Assembly: GCA_047445235.1 (NCBI GenBank)
Contig: JBLGEO010000085.1
Location: forward strand, 1 to 43,185
Direction: 5' to 3'
Length of the DNA: 43,185 nt
Source: Candidatus Dojkabacteria bacterium
GTDB lineage: Bacteria; Patescibacteriota; Dojkabacteria; J137
Below are positions 1 to 8,457 of the stretch, piece by piece (position 1 is the stretch's first letter; every line of letters begins with the position of its first letter). Both the position numbers and the translations under genes were made by a program. The notes beneath the pieces are model-generated. The model was not told the origin of the DNA. It worked only from the letters and a program-made list of their open reading frames with translations, and did not search any database.

Positions 1-1
1 T

Positions 2-313
2 GGTGTTATTGCACTACCAGGCGGTTTTGGTACTTTAGAAGAACTTTTTGAGATCCATTGCTTGATAGAGATATACGAGAGAATTTGCGGCAAACTCTTT
101 TTAGTTCAAGATCCGAATTTAGTGGACAGTTGGCGATTCAACATCAAAGGTTCTAGAGAATATCTAAATATTTTAATTGAAAACTGCATGTTGGAAGGCC
201 CTGCAAGATTTGAGGCTATCAATAGCTTAGCTTATTTGCAAGGTAAAACTGCTGTGGAAAAGTTTAGTCATTTTATTAAAATGCCTATACTACCTCCAGT
301 AGAAGAAGCCTAA
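2..313 (+). CDS. LOG/TIGR00730-like Rossmann-fold nucleotide-binding protein, C-terminal part (5' end outside window)
   Basis: Reading frame is open from the window edge and is the same frame as the 62..313 track ORF. Translation starts GVIALPGGFGTLEELFE, which is the PGGxGTxxE motif of the LOG / lysine-decarboxylase-like family. The downstream part is divergent. Confidence 0.5.
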   Translation, partial: GVIALPGGFGTLEELFEIHCLIEIYERICGKLFLVQDPNLVDSWRFNIKGSREYLNILIENCMLEGPARFEAINSLAYLQGKTAVEKFSHFIKMPILPPVEEA

Positions 314-972
314 AACAATAGCTTATTCTCTTTAAAACTAAACCAAGAATCTACAGTCACAATTACATGATCCAGTACTTTTATATCTAGCAACTTTCCT
401 GCGGCTATTAACTTCTTAGTTACTTCAATATCGTTTTCAGATGGGTCCGCTTGATTCGATGGATGATTATGTGCAATTATCATGCTTGCAGCAGAATACT
501 TTATTGCTGGCTCGAACACTTCTCTCGGATGCACTAGACTTGCGTTAATTGTTCCAATAGAAATAATTTCTTTATTAATTGTTTGGTTTCTCGAATCTAA
601 AAATAGTACAACAAAATGTTCTTTTCTGCTTGTTCGAATGTCGGAAAGCTCTTCCCACGCCTCTTTAGGACTTAAAATAATTGAACGTTTCTTATCCTTT
701 AGATATCTTTTTCCAATCTCAAAACTCGCAACAATTTCAGAAGACTTTGTTGGACCTAAACCTTTAATCTTAGAGAGTTTTTCAACACTAATATTATTTA
801 TGTCATAACCTACGACCTTTACTATTTCTTTGGCCAGCTCAATTACGTTTTTACCTTTTCTGCCGGTGCGGACCAGTATCGCGAATAACTCCTCGTCACT
901 CAATTTCTCTGGACCATATTTAATTAACTTTTCTCTTGGACGTTCAATTCTTGGAAGATCTGCAATTTTCAT
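310..972 (-). CDS. radC: RadC-family JAB-domain protein (UPF0758)
   Basis: 220 aa. N-terminal helix-hairpin-helix-like region (KGLGPTKSSEI) and a C-terminal JAMM-like motif HNHPSNQADPSENDIEVTKKL, typical of RadC. Confidence 0.85.
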   Translation of the reverse strand: MKIADLPRIERPREKLIKYGPEKLSDEELFAILVRTGRKGKNVIELAKEIVKVVGYDINNISVEKLSKIKGLGPTKSSEIVASFEIGKRYLKDKKRSIILSPKEAWEELSDIRTSRKEHFVVLFLDSRNQTINKEIISIGTINASLVHPREVFEPAIKYSAASMIIAHNHPSNQADPSENDIEVTKKLIAAGKLLDIKVLDHVIVTVDSWFSFKENKLLF

Positions 973-1080
973 ACAGGAGTTATATCCTGAAATGGGATTT
1001 TATACAAGTATAAAAAGTTACGTGTTTCTAGTTAAGAGTTTCGAGTAGAATAAATATATCCAACCAGTAACCCGTAACTC

Positions 1081-2448
1081 TTAACTATTCTTATATTTAT
1101 CAAAATCCGCTTTTACTTGTTCAAATCCTTTCTTTTCTAATACTCCATACATAGCATTCTTAGAAAGTTCGACTCCAGGTTGATCGAAAGTATTTATATT
1201 TAATAAGTTTCCAAAATAACTAACTGCAACTTCAAAAAAGTAGAACAGTTGACCTAAATTATACTCATCAACTTTTGGAATCGTTAATGTTGCATTTGGT
1301 CTTCCATTTGCAGTTAGAGAGAATGCTGAAGTTTCTTGTTCATAATTTAATAGCTCATGAAAGTTATGTCCTTTTAGAAATTCGAAAGCTTCTGCATCAG
1401 TATAATCTTCAGGTAAATCAATATTCACTCGACTTCCTTCTGCTCTTATAAATGTTATGACTTTGTCATTAGGACCTTCATTGTAAAGTTGTAGTTGAGA
1501 ATGTTGATCTACTGGGCCTACTGCTGCTATAGGTGTTTGTCCTTCGTGAACCTCGTTTCCTTCTAGGTCTACTTTTTTTCCTAAACTTTCTGCCCATAGT
1601 TGTTGATACCATTTTGCAAATTCGTAAAGTCCGTATTGATACGGCATCATTACTGAAATATTCTTTCCACCTTTATAGTAAAGATACTTTAAGCCAACAT
1701 ATTCTAAAATATCGTCCATTTTATCTTTAGACTTTTTAATTTCCTCATCTAAATCTTGTGCTCCTTTTAGCATTTGCTCAACATCAACTCCAACTAGATA
1801 AGCTGGAATTAACCCAACGGTAGATAAAACTGAGAACCTTCCTCCAACATCGCTTGGAACTTCGAACGCATCGTAATTTTCTTTAGTTGCTAATTCTCTC
1901 AAAGTTCCTGTTACAGCATCTGTAAGAAAAATGAAATGTTTTTGTGGAGTATGTTCTTCGTTATCCATTTGCACATACAAATTTCTAAAGTATGCAAAAG
2001 TAGAGGCTTGCTCTACAGTGTTTCCAGACTTAGAAACAACAAAGAACATAGTTTTCTTTAAATCAATAACATCTAGGAGTTCAGCTATAGCTTCTGGATC
2101 CGTAGTATCTCCAGAAAAATAAATGTTTTTAGAATGTCTATCGTCTTCGGTACTCTTTTGGTTATAGTAAAGTCCATTGATCGCTCTTTGTATAGCTCTT
2201 GTTCCTAAATCAGATCCTCCGATACCAATTATTACAATTGTTTCCATCTGTTCAGTTAATTTCTTAACTTTATCTAAATCCTTTTTGATTGATTCGTATT
2301 CGTATGGAAGTCTTTTAAATCCTAGTTTTTCAGCTAAGAATTTCTTTTTTGCTTCCATTAACTTATCGTTCAGGTCATTAAGATCTGGTTTATCTAATCC
2401 AATTCCTAATTTCTCGAAGAACATATTTTTGAGATCTACTTTTATCAT
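1081..2448 (-). CDS. pgi: glucose-6-phosphate isomerase
   Basis: 455 aa. SIS-domain motifs IGIGGSDLG and VVSKSGNTVE; size and overall pattern match bacterial short PGI. Confidence 0.93.
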   Translation of the reverse strand: MIKVDLKNMFFEKLGIGLDKPDLNDLNDKLMEAKKKFLAEKLGFKRLPYEYESIKKDLDKVKKLTEQMETIVIIGIGGSDLGTRAIQRAINGLYYNQKSTEDDRHSKNIYFSGDTTDPEAIAELLDVIDLKKTMFFVVSKSGNTVEQASTFAYFRNLYVQMDNEEHTPQKHFIFLTDAVTGTLRELATKENYDAFEVPSDVGGRFSVLSTVGLIPAYLVGVDVEQMLKGAQDLDEEIKKSKDKMDDILEYVGLKYLYYKGGKNISVMMPYQYGLYEFAKWYQQLWAESLGKKVDLEGNEVHEGQTPIAAVGPVDQHSQLQLYNEGPNDKVITFIRAEGSRVNIDLPEDYTDAEAFEFLKGHNFHELLNYEQETSAFSLTANGRPNATLTIPKVDEYNLGQLFYFFEVAVSYFGNLLNINTFDQPGVELSKNAMYGVLEKKGFEQVKADFDKYKNS

Positions 2449-2479
2449 TTTGTGAAAGTAATAACTATTAATAATTAAA

Positions 2480-2508
2480 ATTATATTATTTATAAAGCGT
2501 TTTATCTA
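2480..2508 (-). promoter_or_regulatory. candidate sigma70-like promoter of pgi (minus strand TAGATA-N17-TATAAT)
   Basis: Minus strand reads TAGATAAAACGCTTTATAAATAATATAAT. The -10 element lies 31 nt upstream of the pgi ATG. The 11-mer TAGATAAAACG is shared with the next promoter upstream. Confidence 0.4.
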
Positions 2509-2517
2509 CATTTTGGT

Positions 2518-2775
2518 TTATGATTCCTGTTTATCTCCTCTTTGCTCAAGAATTTTTGTAATTTCATTCATTGTTATTATGTTAGTACTTGTTATTATCA
2601 TATTTAGAAACTTTTCCATAGGTGTAGTACTTACCTCCTTACCAAAATCAATCCTTAATTCATCTCTCAAACTTCTTAATTCCTCATCACTGTAATCTTC
2701 TAGCTTAGCTGGTGATAATCTTATAGATTCTCTTACCGGAATAGCTGATGGATCAAAAGGAAGTTCATTAGACAT
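2518..2775 (-). CDS. hypothetical protein (85 aa, acidic, no TM helix)
   Basis: Only long ORF filling the gap and it has its own candidate promoter. The opposite-strand ORF 2513..2695 has Leu/Ser/Ile-rich antisense-type composition. No family recognised. Confidence 0.45.
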   Translation of the reverse strand: MSNELPFDPSAIPVRESIRLSPAKLEDYSDEELRSLRDELRIDFGKEVSTTPMEKFLNMIITSTNIITMNEITKILEQRGDKQES

Positions 2776-2790
2776 AAGTTATTAGTAAAA

Positions 2791-2819
2791 ATTATATGAC
2801 TTGTACAACGTTTTATCTA
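2791..2819 (-). promoter_or_regulatory. candidate promoter of the 85-aa ORF (minus strand TAGATA-N17-TATAAT)
   Basis: Minus strand reads TAGATAAAACGTTGTACAAGTCATATAAT. The -10 ends 15 nt before the ATG at 2775, so the leader is very short. Confidence 0.4.
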
Positions 2820-2878
2820 TAGCTTGAAGCTTAGGAAATTGAGTATATAATATTATTAGTATTTTTTATATTCTTTTT

Positions 2879-3292
2879 ATGAAGAATTCAATGTTAGTCA
2901 TTCTCGTTGTAGTAATTGTAGTGATTATAGGTATTGGTGGAGTATTGTTATTAAATAGCAATAATTCTTCTAATAATACAACAGTAACTCCTACACCAAC
3001 TCCAACACCTACTCCCGTGACAACTCCAAATACAACAGGAACTAGTGCTAAGGTAGATGTTTCGATTTCAGGTATGTCATTTCCTTCATCTACAACTATT
3101 AATAAAGGCCAAACAGTAGTTTGGACAAATAATGATAATACAGTACACACTGTAACTTTTGATGATGGTTCCGCAAGTTCAGGTACTATTTCTGTTGGTG
3201 GAACATTTACGCATACATTCAATACAACAGGCTCATTTACATATCATTGTAATTTTCATTCAAACATGACTGGAAAGATTATTGTTCAGTAA
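2879..3292 (+). CDS. membrane-anchored type-1 copper (cupredoxin) protein, amicyanin/plastocyanin-like
   Basis: 137 aa. N-terminal hydrophobic helix, a (TP)n linker TPTPTPTPTPVTTP, then a cupredoxin core. Candidate Cu ligands are H in NTVHTVTF and C-x2-H-x2-M in YHCNFHSNM (amicyanin-type short loop). Confidence 0.8.
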   Translation: MKNSMLVILVVVIVVIIGIGGVLLLNSNNSSNNTTVTPTPTPTPTPVTTPNTTGTSAKVDVSISGMSFPSSTTINKGQTVVWTNNDNTVHTVTFDDGSASSGTISVGGTFTHTFNTTGSFTYHCNFHSNMTGKIIVQ

Positions 3293-3305
3293 GCCCCTAG
3301 AAAGT

Positions 3306-3334
3306 AAAAAAGGCACCTTTCGGTGCCTTTTTTG
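3306..3334. terminator. bidirectional intrinsic terminator between convergent genes
   Basis: AAAAAGGCACC-TTTC-GGTGCCTTTTTT: a GC-rich 6-bp stem flanked by an A-tract and a T-tract. It sits exactly between the stop at 3292 (+) and the stop at 3335 (-). Confidence 0.75.
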
Positions 3335-4144
3335 TTATGCTTCGTCAGCTTTCTTCTTGTAGAAGTCATCAGGAAGGGGAGTTTCATAGATACCTTTTAA
3401 AGCGTTTTCTAATGTAATAGTTGCTTCATCACAATTTTCTAAATTTTTTAAATTGCCTAGAATATTTGTAAGTCTTGTTCTTAACTCATCACTTAGATCT
3501 TCACTAAGTATGCTAAGCATTGTTCGAACTGCAAAAACAGCATTAGCTAACCTATTAGTTTGTCCTACATCGATCAATCCTTCTAAGTGTGGTACAAGCC
3601 TTTCCATTAAAGAACTTGTAGCATCTAAAACCTTAACTCTTCTATCTATCATTTCTAATTTAGCAATTGCTGGGTTACTGAAAGTGTTAACATTTGCAAC
3701 AAAGTCTGTAGGAGCATTTCTAATAGAATTGTCTCTTTTTCTCATTATGCCTCTATACATTTTTCCTAGTTCTTCTTTTGTGTATGTATTAATCAAATCA
3801 GCGTTAAATTCACCAGCCTTCGTATCTAATGCATTCGTGATTGCCATTCCTAATGTGAAATGTAAGTCCTTTTTAAACTCTCTTAAGTTAGCAATATTTT
3901 TTAATTCGAATACCTTTTTTAGAAAATCTTCAGATATTTCTTCTTCGTACTCTTTAATCGTTTCTAAAATTTGTAGAAGAAGTTGAACTATCTGCTCATA
4001 GTTCTCTGGGTAATTCTTTGCTGTAATTTCTTCCTCGGGTAAAATTTCTATTAACTTTGTTACAAGTCCAGAAAGAATAAAGTTTGCATACTCACTAGGT
4101 TGAATATTATTTAGATAAGTTAGATCTATATCGCTTAAATTCAT
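3335..4144 (-). CDS. hypothetical protein (269 aa, predicted all-helical, cytoplasmic)
   Basis: Long ORF with E/K/L-rich composition typical of real genes in this window. The antisense ORF 3453..3986 is Ser/Leu-rich junk. No family recognised. Confidence 0.7.
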   Translation of the reverse strand: MNLSDIDLTYLNNIQPSEYANFILSGLVTKLIEILPEEEITAKNYPENYEQIVQLLLQILETIKEYEEEISEDFLKKVFELKNIANLREFKKDLHFTLGMAITNALDTKAGEFNADLINTYTKEELGKMYRGIMRKRDNSIRNAPTDFVANVNTFSNPAIAKLEMIDRRVKVLDATSSLMERLVPHLEGLIDVGQTNRLANAVFAVRTMLSILSEDLSDELRTRLTNILGNLKNLENCDEATITLENALKGIYETPLPDDFYKKKADEA

Positions 4145-4317
4145 AATAATTTACTAATATATATAGCTTGGATTTTATTTTGAAACCGTTAAATAGTCAA
4201 CTATTACTGGTAACAATCTATCTTCTAGTTTATTTAACTTGACCTTTGGATCGATACCGTCATAAAATAGCGACGTTCGACTATCGAATTTATTTATTTT
4301 TTTTATTTTATAAAAAT

Positions 4318-5343
4318 ATGGCAAAAAGAGTTGCAATCAATGGATTCGGAAGAATCGGAAGACTCGTATTCAGAGCTCTTCTAGAAAGAGACATGCTAGA
4401 TGGAGAGATTGAAGTTGTTGCTGTTAACGATTTAGTTCCAGCAGAAAACTTAGCTTATCTCCTAAAATATGACACAACACACGGAAAGTTAAATATGGAT
4501 GTTAAGGCTATTGACGACAATACAATCCAAGTTGGAAAGTATACAATCAAGACTTTAGCTCTAAAAGCTAATCCTTCAGAGTTACCTTGGAAAGATATGA
4601 ATATTGACATCGTTATCGAGTCAACAGGATTCTTCACAAAGAAGGCAGATGCAATGGGACACATTACAGCAGGAGCAAAGAAAGTAATTATCTCTGCACC
4701 AAGCGACGAAGATGTTAAAACAATCTTGATGGGAGTTAACCATGAAGAATACCAAGGAGAAGATTTAATTTCTAATGCAAGCTGTACTACAAACTGTTTA
4801 GCACCAATTGTACATGTTTTATTAAAGGAAGGGATCGGTTTAGAAGAAGGTTTAATGACTACTTCACATGCTTATACAGCTTCACAATCACTTATGGATG
4901 GACCTTCAAAGAAGGCTTTTAGAGATGGTAGAGCAGGAGCAATGAATGTTATCCCAGCAACAACAGGAGCTGCAAAAGCAATCGGACTAGTTATTCCAGA
5001 AATGAAAGGTAAATTAACAGGAATGTCTTTAAGAGTTCCAGTATCTGATGTATCTGTTGTTGATTTAACTTTTAAACCAGCTAAAGAAACAAGCATGGCA
5101 GAAATTAATGCAGCAATGAAAAAAGCATCAGAAACTTATCTAAAAGGAGTTTTAAACTACACAGAAGAACCAGTGGTTTCAAGTGACTTTATTCACGATC
5201 CAGCATCCAGTACATACGATGCAACAGCAGGAATTGAACTAAACAGTAGATTCTTCAAAATTATTGCATGGTACGATAATGAATGGGGGTATTCAAATAG
5301 AATGGCAGATCTACTAAAGATTGTAGTAGAAAAGAGTGCATAA
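4318..5343 (+). CDS. gap: glyceraldehyde-3-phosphate dehydrogenase, type I
   Basis: [16 protein letters not shown]-terminus and catalytic SCTTNC motif; WYDNEWGYS near the C-terminus. The track ORF begins at TTG 4246, but the homology-consistent start is ATG 4318. Confidence 0.95.
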   Translation: MAKRVAINGFGRIGRLVFRALLERDMLDGEIEVVAVNDLVPAENLAYLLKYDTTHGKLNMDVKAIDDNTIQVGKYTIKTLALKANPSELPWKDMNIDIVIESTGFFTKKADAMGHITAGAKKVIISAPSDEDVKTILMGVNHEEYQGEDLISNASCTTNCLAPIVHVLLKEGIGLEEGLMTTSHAYTASQSLMDGPSKKAFRDGRAGAMNVIPATTGAAKAIGLVIPEMKGKLTGMSLRVPVSDVSVVDLTFKPAKETSMAEINAAMKKASETYLKGVLNYTEEPVVSSDFIHDPASSTYDATAGIELNSRFFKIIAWYDNEWGYSNRMADLLKIVVEKSA

Positions 5344-5350
5344 TTAAAGA

Positions 5351-5377
5351 AAAAGACCGAGTAAAATCGGTCTTTTT
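5351..5377 (+). terminator. intrinsic terminator downstream of gap
   Basis: AAAAGACCGA-GTAAAA-TCGGTCTTTTT hairpin followed by a T-run, 8 nt after the gap stop. Confidence 0.75.
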
Positions 5378-5414
5378 GTAAGCCTAAATTCAATTAACCA
5401 GTTTGGCGCTATAG

Positions 5415-5444
5415 TTGCCGAAAAGAGGTGACAAATGATATAAT
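5415..5444 (+). promoter_or_regulatory. candidate promoter (TTGCCG-N18-TATAAT with TGn extended -10)
   Basis: TTGCCGAAAAGAGGTGACAAATGATATAAT lies about 20 nt upstream of the TTG start at 5465. Confidence 0.35.
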
Positions 5445-5464
5445 CCAGAGGTTAATTTAATAAA

Positions 5465-6763
5465 TTGGATACTAAAAAGCAATCTGAAAATTTAGACATA
5501 AATTCAGTCCCTTTGCATCAAAAAGATAGGGTGCTATTTCTATTGTCAATTCTGGACAGTGCTGATCCAAAGAATATTATTTTAGGTGAAGTTAATACAA
5601 GCCTTGTTCTCATAAAAGCCTATGCTGATGAATTACATCAAATACGAGAATATCATGAGATAATCACTGGAGATGAAAAGGTAGTTGAAGAGGATGTAGA
5701 CACTTTAATAAGTGACAATCCTATTTCAAGTGCTCATTCTAGAAATGTAAATGAAATTATAGACATTTATCTAGAATCTACTAAGACTGGATCGTTTGAA
5801 ACTAGACTTACAGTTATTAGAAATCTTATTCAGTGCGTAATAATTAAATTTAATGTAATCAAGTCTTCGAAATGGGACGAACTTAACATTGAGAAGTTAT
5901 CAAGTGAGCTTAAGAGCTTAAAATTAGATCTAATATTTATTGATCTAATGCTTTCAAGTGTTTTCAAATGGTATAGATCAAGTCCTGGGTCTGAACTCTA
6001 TAGATTTGGTGGTTTACTACATCATGATTTCAGAAAACCTCTTATAAATGCATCAAGTACTATTGGCGGAATGGCTGATTATAAAGGAGAGAAACTACTT
6101 GCTGCATATAAAATGTACACTCAATCTTTTAAAGAAAATCAACTTTCTGTCTGGGATAGTACTCAAAAGTCTCTTGAGGAAAATCTTATATTATTAAGTG
6201 ATTACCTTGAATCCTTGACTTATGAATCAGATAAACCTTTCTTGGATTTTCAAAACTTAAAAAATACTATAAATCTAAAAGATACTCAACTGACTCTGGA
6301 GGTCGATGGAAATGAAGCAGACATGTTTTGCTTTAATGATATGGAAACTTGGATTTCAATTCATACTTTATTACTAAATGCTTTAGATAGTCGTGCTAAG
6401 TATTTAAAGGTTGTTGTAAAAACATTAAATGGAAAAGCAGTTTCTATAAGAGTTTATGATGATTGTCCTACAAGAGATAACAATCCATCTGGATATTGGC
6501 CAGAAACTTATAAAAAGAATGTAATTGCTAGATTTGAAGCAGGTTATCGACATCCACAAAATCCTGGATTCTCAGACAAGAGAGGTGGGGAAAATGTCGC
6601 TTTTCTTAGAGGTCAGTTTGCCTCAAAGTCTGGGTTAGAATGTGATATTAATAACCTTATTACTTTTAGTGTAAAGCCAGAAATAGTGAATGGTATTGAA
6701 ATGAAATACATTGATGTTAGTTTTGATACGAAAAATCAGATTGCTAAAGCATTAGAAAGCTAA
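5465..6763 (+). CDS. cytoplasmic histidine-kinase-like protein with degenerate ATP-binding boxes (function uncertain)
   Basis: 432 aa with no TM helix. LLHHDFRKPLINASSTIGGM resembles a HisKA H-box (HExRxPL). LLLNALDS resembles an N-box. G1 (YDDCP) and G2 (GGENVAF) are degenerate. The TTG start is uncertain; in-frame TTG and GTG codons lie 16-22 codons downstream. Confidence 0.45.
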   Translation: MDTKKQSENLDINSVPLHQKDRVLFLLSILDSADPKNIILGEVNTSLVLIKAYADELHQIREYHEIITGDEKVVEEDVDTLISDNPISSAHSRNVNEIIDIYLESTKTGSFETRLTVIRNLIQCVIIKFNVIKSSKWDELNIEKLSSELKSLKLDLIFIDLMLSSVFKWYRSSPGSELYRFGGLLHHDFRKPLINASSTIGGMADYKGEKLLAAYKMYTQSFKENQLSVWDSTQKSLEENLILLSDYLESLTYESDKPFLDFQNLKNTINLKDTQLTLEVDGNEADMFCFNDMETWISIHTLLLNALDSRAKYLKVVVKTLNGKAVSIRVYDDCPTRDNNPSGYWPETYKKNVIARFEAGYRHPQNPGFSDKRGGENVAFLRGQFASKSGLECDINNLITFSVKPEIVNGIEMKYIDVSFDTKNQIAKALES

Positions 6764-6793
6764 TTTTTCGAATTCATCTGTCATCAGAAATTT

Positions 6794-6823
6794 GCGATAA
6801 TACAATGTATTATCGCTTTTTTT
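6794..6823 (+). terminator. strong intrinsic terminator
   Basis: GCGATAATAC-AAT-GTATTATCGC is a perfect 10-bp stem followed by TTTTTTT. The ATG at 6805 (track start of the pgk ORF) lies in the loop. Confidence 0.8.
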
Positions 6824-6843
6824 ATACTTATTATTTAGCTAAT

Positions 6844-8031
6844 ATGTACACTCTCAAAAAAGATATTTCTAAATTCTCATACTTAAATATTAAAGATATT
6901 GAGAATAAAGTGGTTATTATCAGATCTTGTCTAAATGTAGCTGTAGATGAATCAGGTGTAATGACTGACGCAACAAGGTTCTATGAATCACTTCCTTTAA
7001 TTAGAGACTTAGCTTCTAAAGCAAAAAAAGTTATTGTAACTGCTCATTTAGGCAGACCAGAAAAGAAAGAGAAAGCATTAAGCTTTTGGAATGTAGCGGA
7101 AAAATTGCAGGAAGAACTTGATGAAGATAAGATTGAAGTTAAGCTTGTAGATACATTAAAAGATGCAAAAACTTCCAAAGCAAAAGTAACTTTACTAGAT
7201 AACATTAGATTTTTTCCTGGAGAAGAAAGTAAAGACAAAGACGAAAGAATGAAATTTGCAAAAGAACTTTCTGGACTTGCAGATGTATTTATTAACGATG
7301 CATTCGCTGATTATAGAGAATCAGCTTCTACATTCGATATTGCAACTTTACTACCAAGTTACTTAGGACCAGTGTTTATTAAAGAAGTTGAAGCACTTTC
7401 AAAATTCTCAGCTCCAGAAAAACCATTTGTTGCAGTATTAGGAGGAGCAAAACTCTCCGAGAAATTAGATGCCTTAAGTGCATTAGTAGAGATTGCTGAC
7501 AAAGTGATTGTAGGTGGTGCTATGGCTTATACTCTAATGAAAGCAAAAGGAATTGAAACTGGGAAATCTTTAATTGAAGTGGATAAATTAGATGTTGCTA
7601 TGGATATAGTTTCAAAGTATTCAGATAAACTTCTACTTCCTATAGACCACTTAGTTGCACAAGAATTTAAATCAAAATCTCCATACGAATATACAGAAAC
7701 TGAAGTAATTCCAGCAGAAATGATAGCAATAGACATTGGGTGGAATACTATTAGAAAATTTAAAACAGAGTTATCAAACGCCAAATCCGTTCTATGGAAT
7801 GGTCCAATGGGAGTATTCGAATGGATTCATTCAAGTGTTGGAACAAAAGAAATTGGAAGTGCAATTGCTGCGAACCAAGATGCATTTACACTTGCAGGTG
7901 GCGGAGACTCTATTGCTGCAATAAATCAATTTAACCTAAAAGGATTTGATCATATATCAACAGGAGGTGGTGCAATGCTTGCATTCTTAGCATATAACAA
8001 ATTCCCTACTTTGGATGTTATTATTAAATAA
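6844..8031 (+). CDS. pgk: phosphoglycerate kinase
   Basis: The 395-aa version starts MYTLKKDI. PGK hallmarks are present: RxDLNVP-equivalent region IRSCLNVAVD, HLGRP, and C-terminal STGGGA. The start was moved from 6805 to 6844 because 6805 is inside the upstream terminator hairpin. Confidence 0.92.
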   Translation: MYTLKKDISKFSYLNIKDIENKVVIIRSCLNVAVDESGVMTDATRFYESLPLIRDLASKAKKVIVTAHLGRPEKKEKALSFWNVAEKLQEELDEDKIEVKLVDTLKDAKTSKAKVTLLDNIRFFPGEESKDKDERMKFAKELSGLADVFINDAFADYRESASTFDIATLLPSYLGPVFIKEVEALSKFSAPEKPFVAVLGGAKLSEKLDALSALVEIADKVIVGGAMAYTLMKAKGIETGKSLIEVDKLDVAMDIVSKYSDKLLLPIDHLVAQEFKSKSPYEYTETEVIPAEMIAIDIGWNTIRKFKTELSNAKSVLWNGPMGVFEWIHSSVGTKEIGSAIAANQDAFTLAGGGDSIAAINQFNLKGFDHISTGGGAMLAFLAYNKFPTLDVIIK

Positions 8032-8417
8032 TGCAGGGTTGGAGAGCAGAGGAACCGGAGCATAATCCAGAGGATACTCCTACACATGGCAATGTCTATA
8101 GGCTTGTGGCATGGACAGAGGGGTACCCTCAGTTAGGAATCCTTGTAGATTTATTTGGAATGGTAACTAATCCAGGAAATCTTGCAGTGCGAATGGCTCG
8201 ATTAACTAATCTTCAGAAGCGAGATTTTATTCTACTTGCTACAACTGCAATGGGAGAGGGCAGATTGAAAGACGAGCTAATTTTAGGACTACTTGATTTG
8301 ATATGGGAGCAACATCTATCAAAATTTAGTACTGATGATGGAACCAAGCAACTTGAAAAGGTACATTCAGAAATAATGTCTCTTATTTGGGAGTTTTGCT
8401 CACCCTTACCAATTTAA
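8031..8417 (+). CDS. hypothetical protein (128 aa), compositionally atypical, start overlaps the pgk stop (TAATG)
   Basis: Uninterrupted 128-codon ORF. In the first 100 nt I counted 53 G+C, against 13 of 50 in the preceding pgk 3' end. No family recognised. Confidence 0.6.
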   Translation: MQGWRAEEPEHNPEDTPTHGNVYRLVAWTEGYPQLGILVDLFGMVTNPGNLAVRMARLTNLQKRDFILLATTAMGEGRLKDELILGLLDLIWEQHLSKFSTDDGTKQLEKVHSEIMSLIWEFCSPLPI

Positions 8418-8437
8418 AAGACCCTTTCGGGTCTTTC
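8416..8437. terminator. bidirectional intrinsic terminator
   Basis: AAAAGACCC-TTTC-GGGTCTTT lies between the convergent stops at 8417 (+) and 8458 (-). Confidence 0.6.
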
Positions 8438-8457
8438 TCTCTTATTAAGTTTTAAAA

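Noticed and set aside
2866-3222. 118-aa minus-strand ORF containing a VGVGVGVGV repeat
   Set aside because: It is the antisense image of the cupredoxin gene. The (VG)n run is just the complement of the (TP)n linker codons, and the plus-strand product has a complete copper-site motif.
3453-3986. 177-aa plus-strand ORF
   Set aside because: It lies entirely antisense to the 269-aa ORF 3335..4144. Its Ser/Leu/Ile-rich low-complexity composition is what antisense frames of Glu/Lys/Asp-rich AT-rich genes produce, and the minus-strand ORF is longer with normal composition.
4246-4317. Upstream extensions of gap (TTG 4246), pgk (ATG 6805) and tpiA (ATG 18433) given by the ORF track
   Set aside because: The extra residues (for example [24 protein letters not shown]) have no counterpart in the enzyme families. 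The canonical N-termini ([21 protein letters not shown]..., MLILNFKTY) start at internal ATGs, and the pgk extension would start inside a terminator hairpin.
8031-8417. Possible structured RNA (RNase P RNA-like) because of high G+C and fragments such as GAGGAACCGGAGC, GGTAAC, CAGTGCGAA, TGAAAG and AAGGTAC
   Set aside because: The conserved P4 strands (AGUCCGG / ACAGAAxCCGGCUUA) are not present. The resemblances are short and scattered. A 128-codon stop-free frame starting exactly on the pgk stop is very unlikely in non-coding sequence. A covariance-model (Rfam RF00010) scan would settle it.
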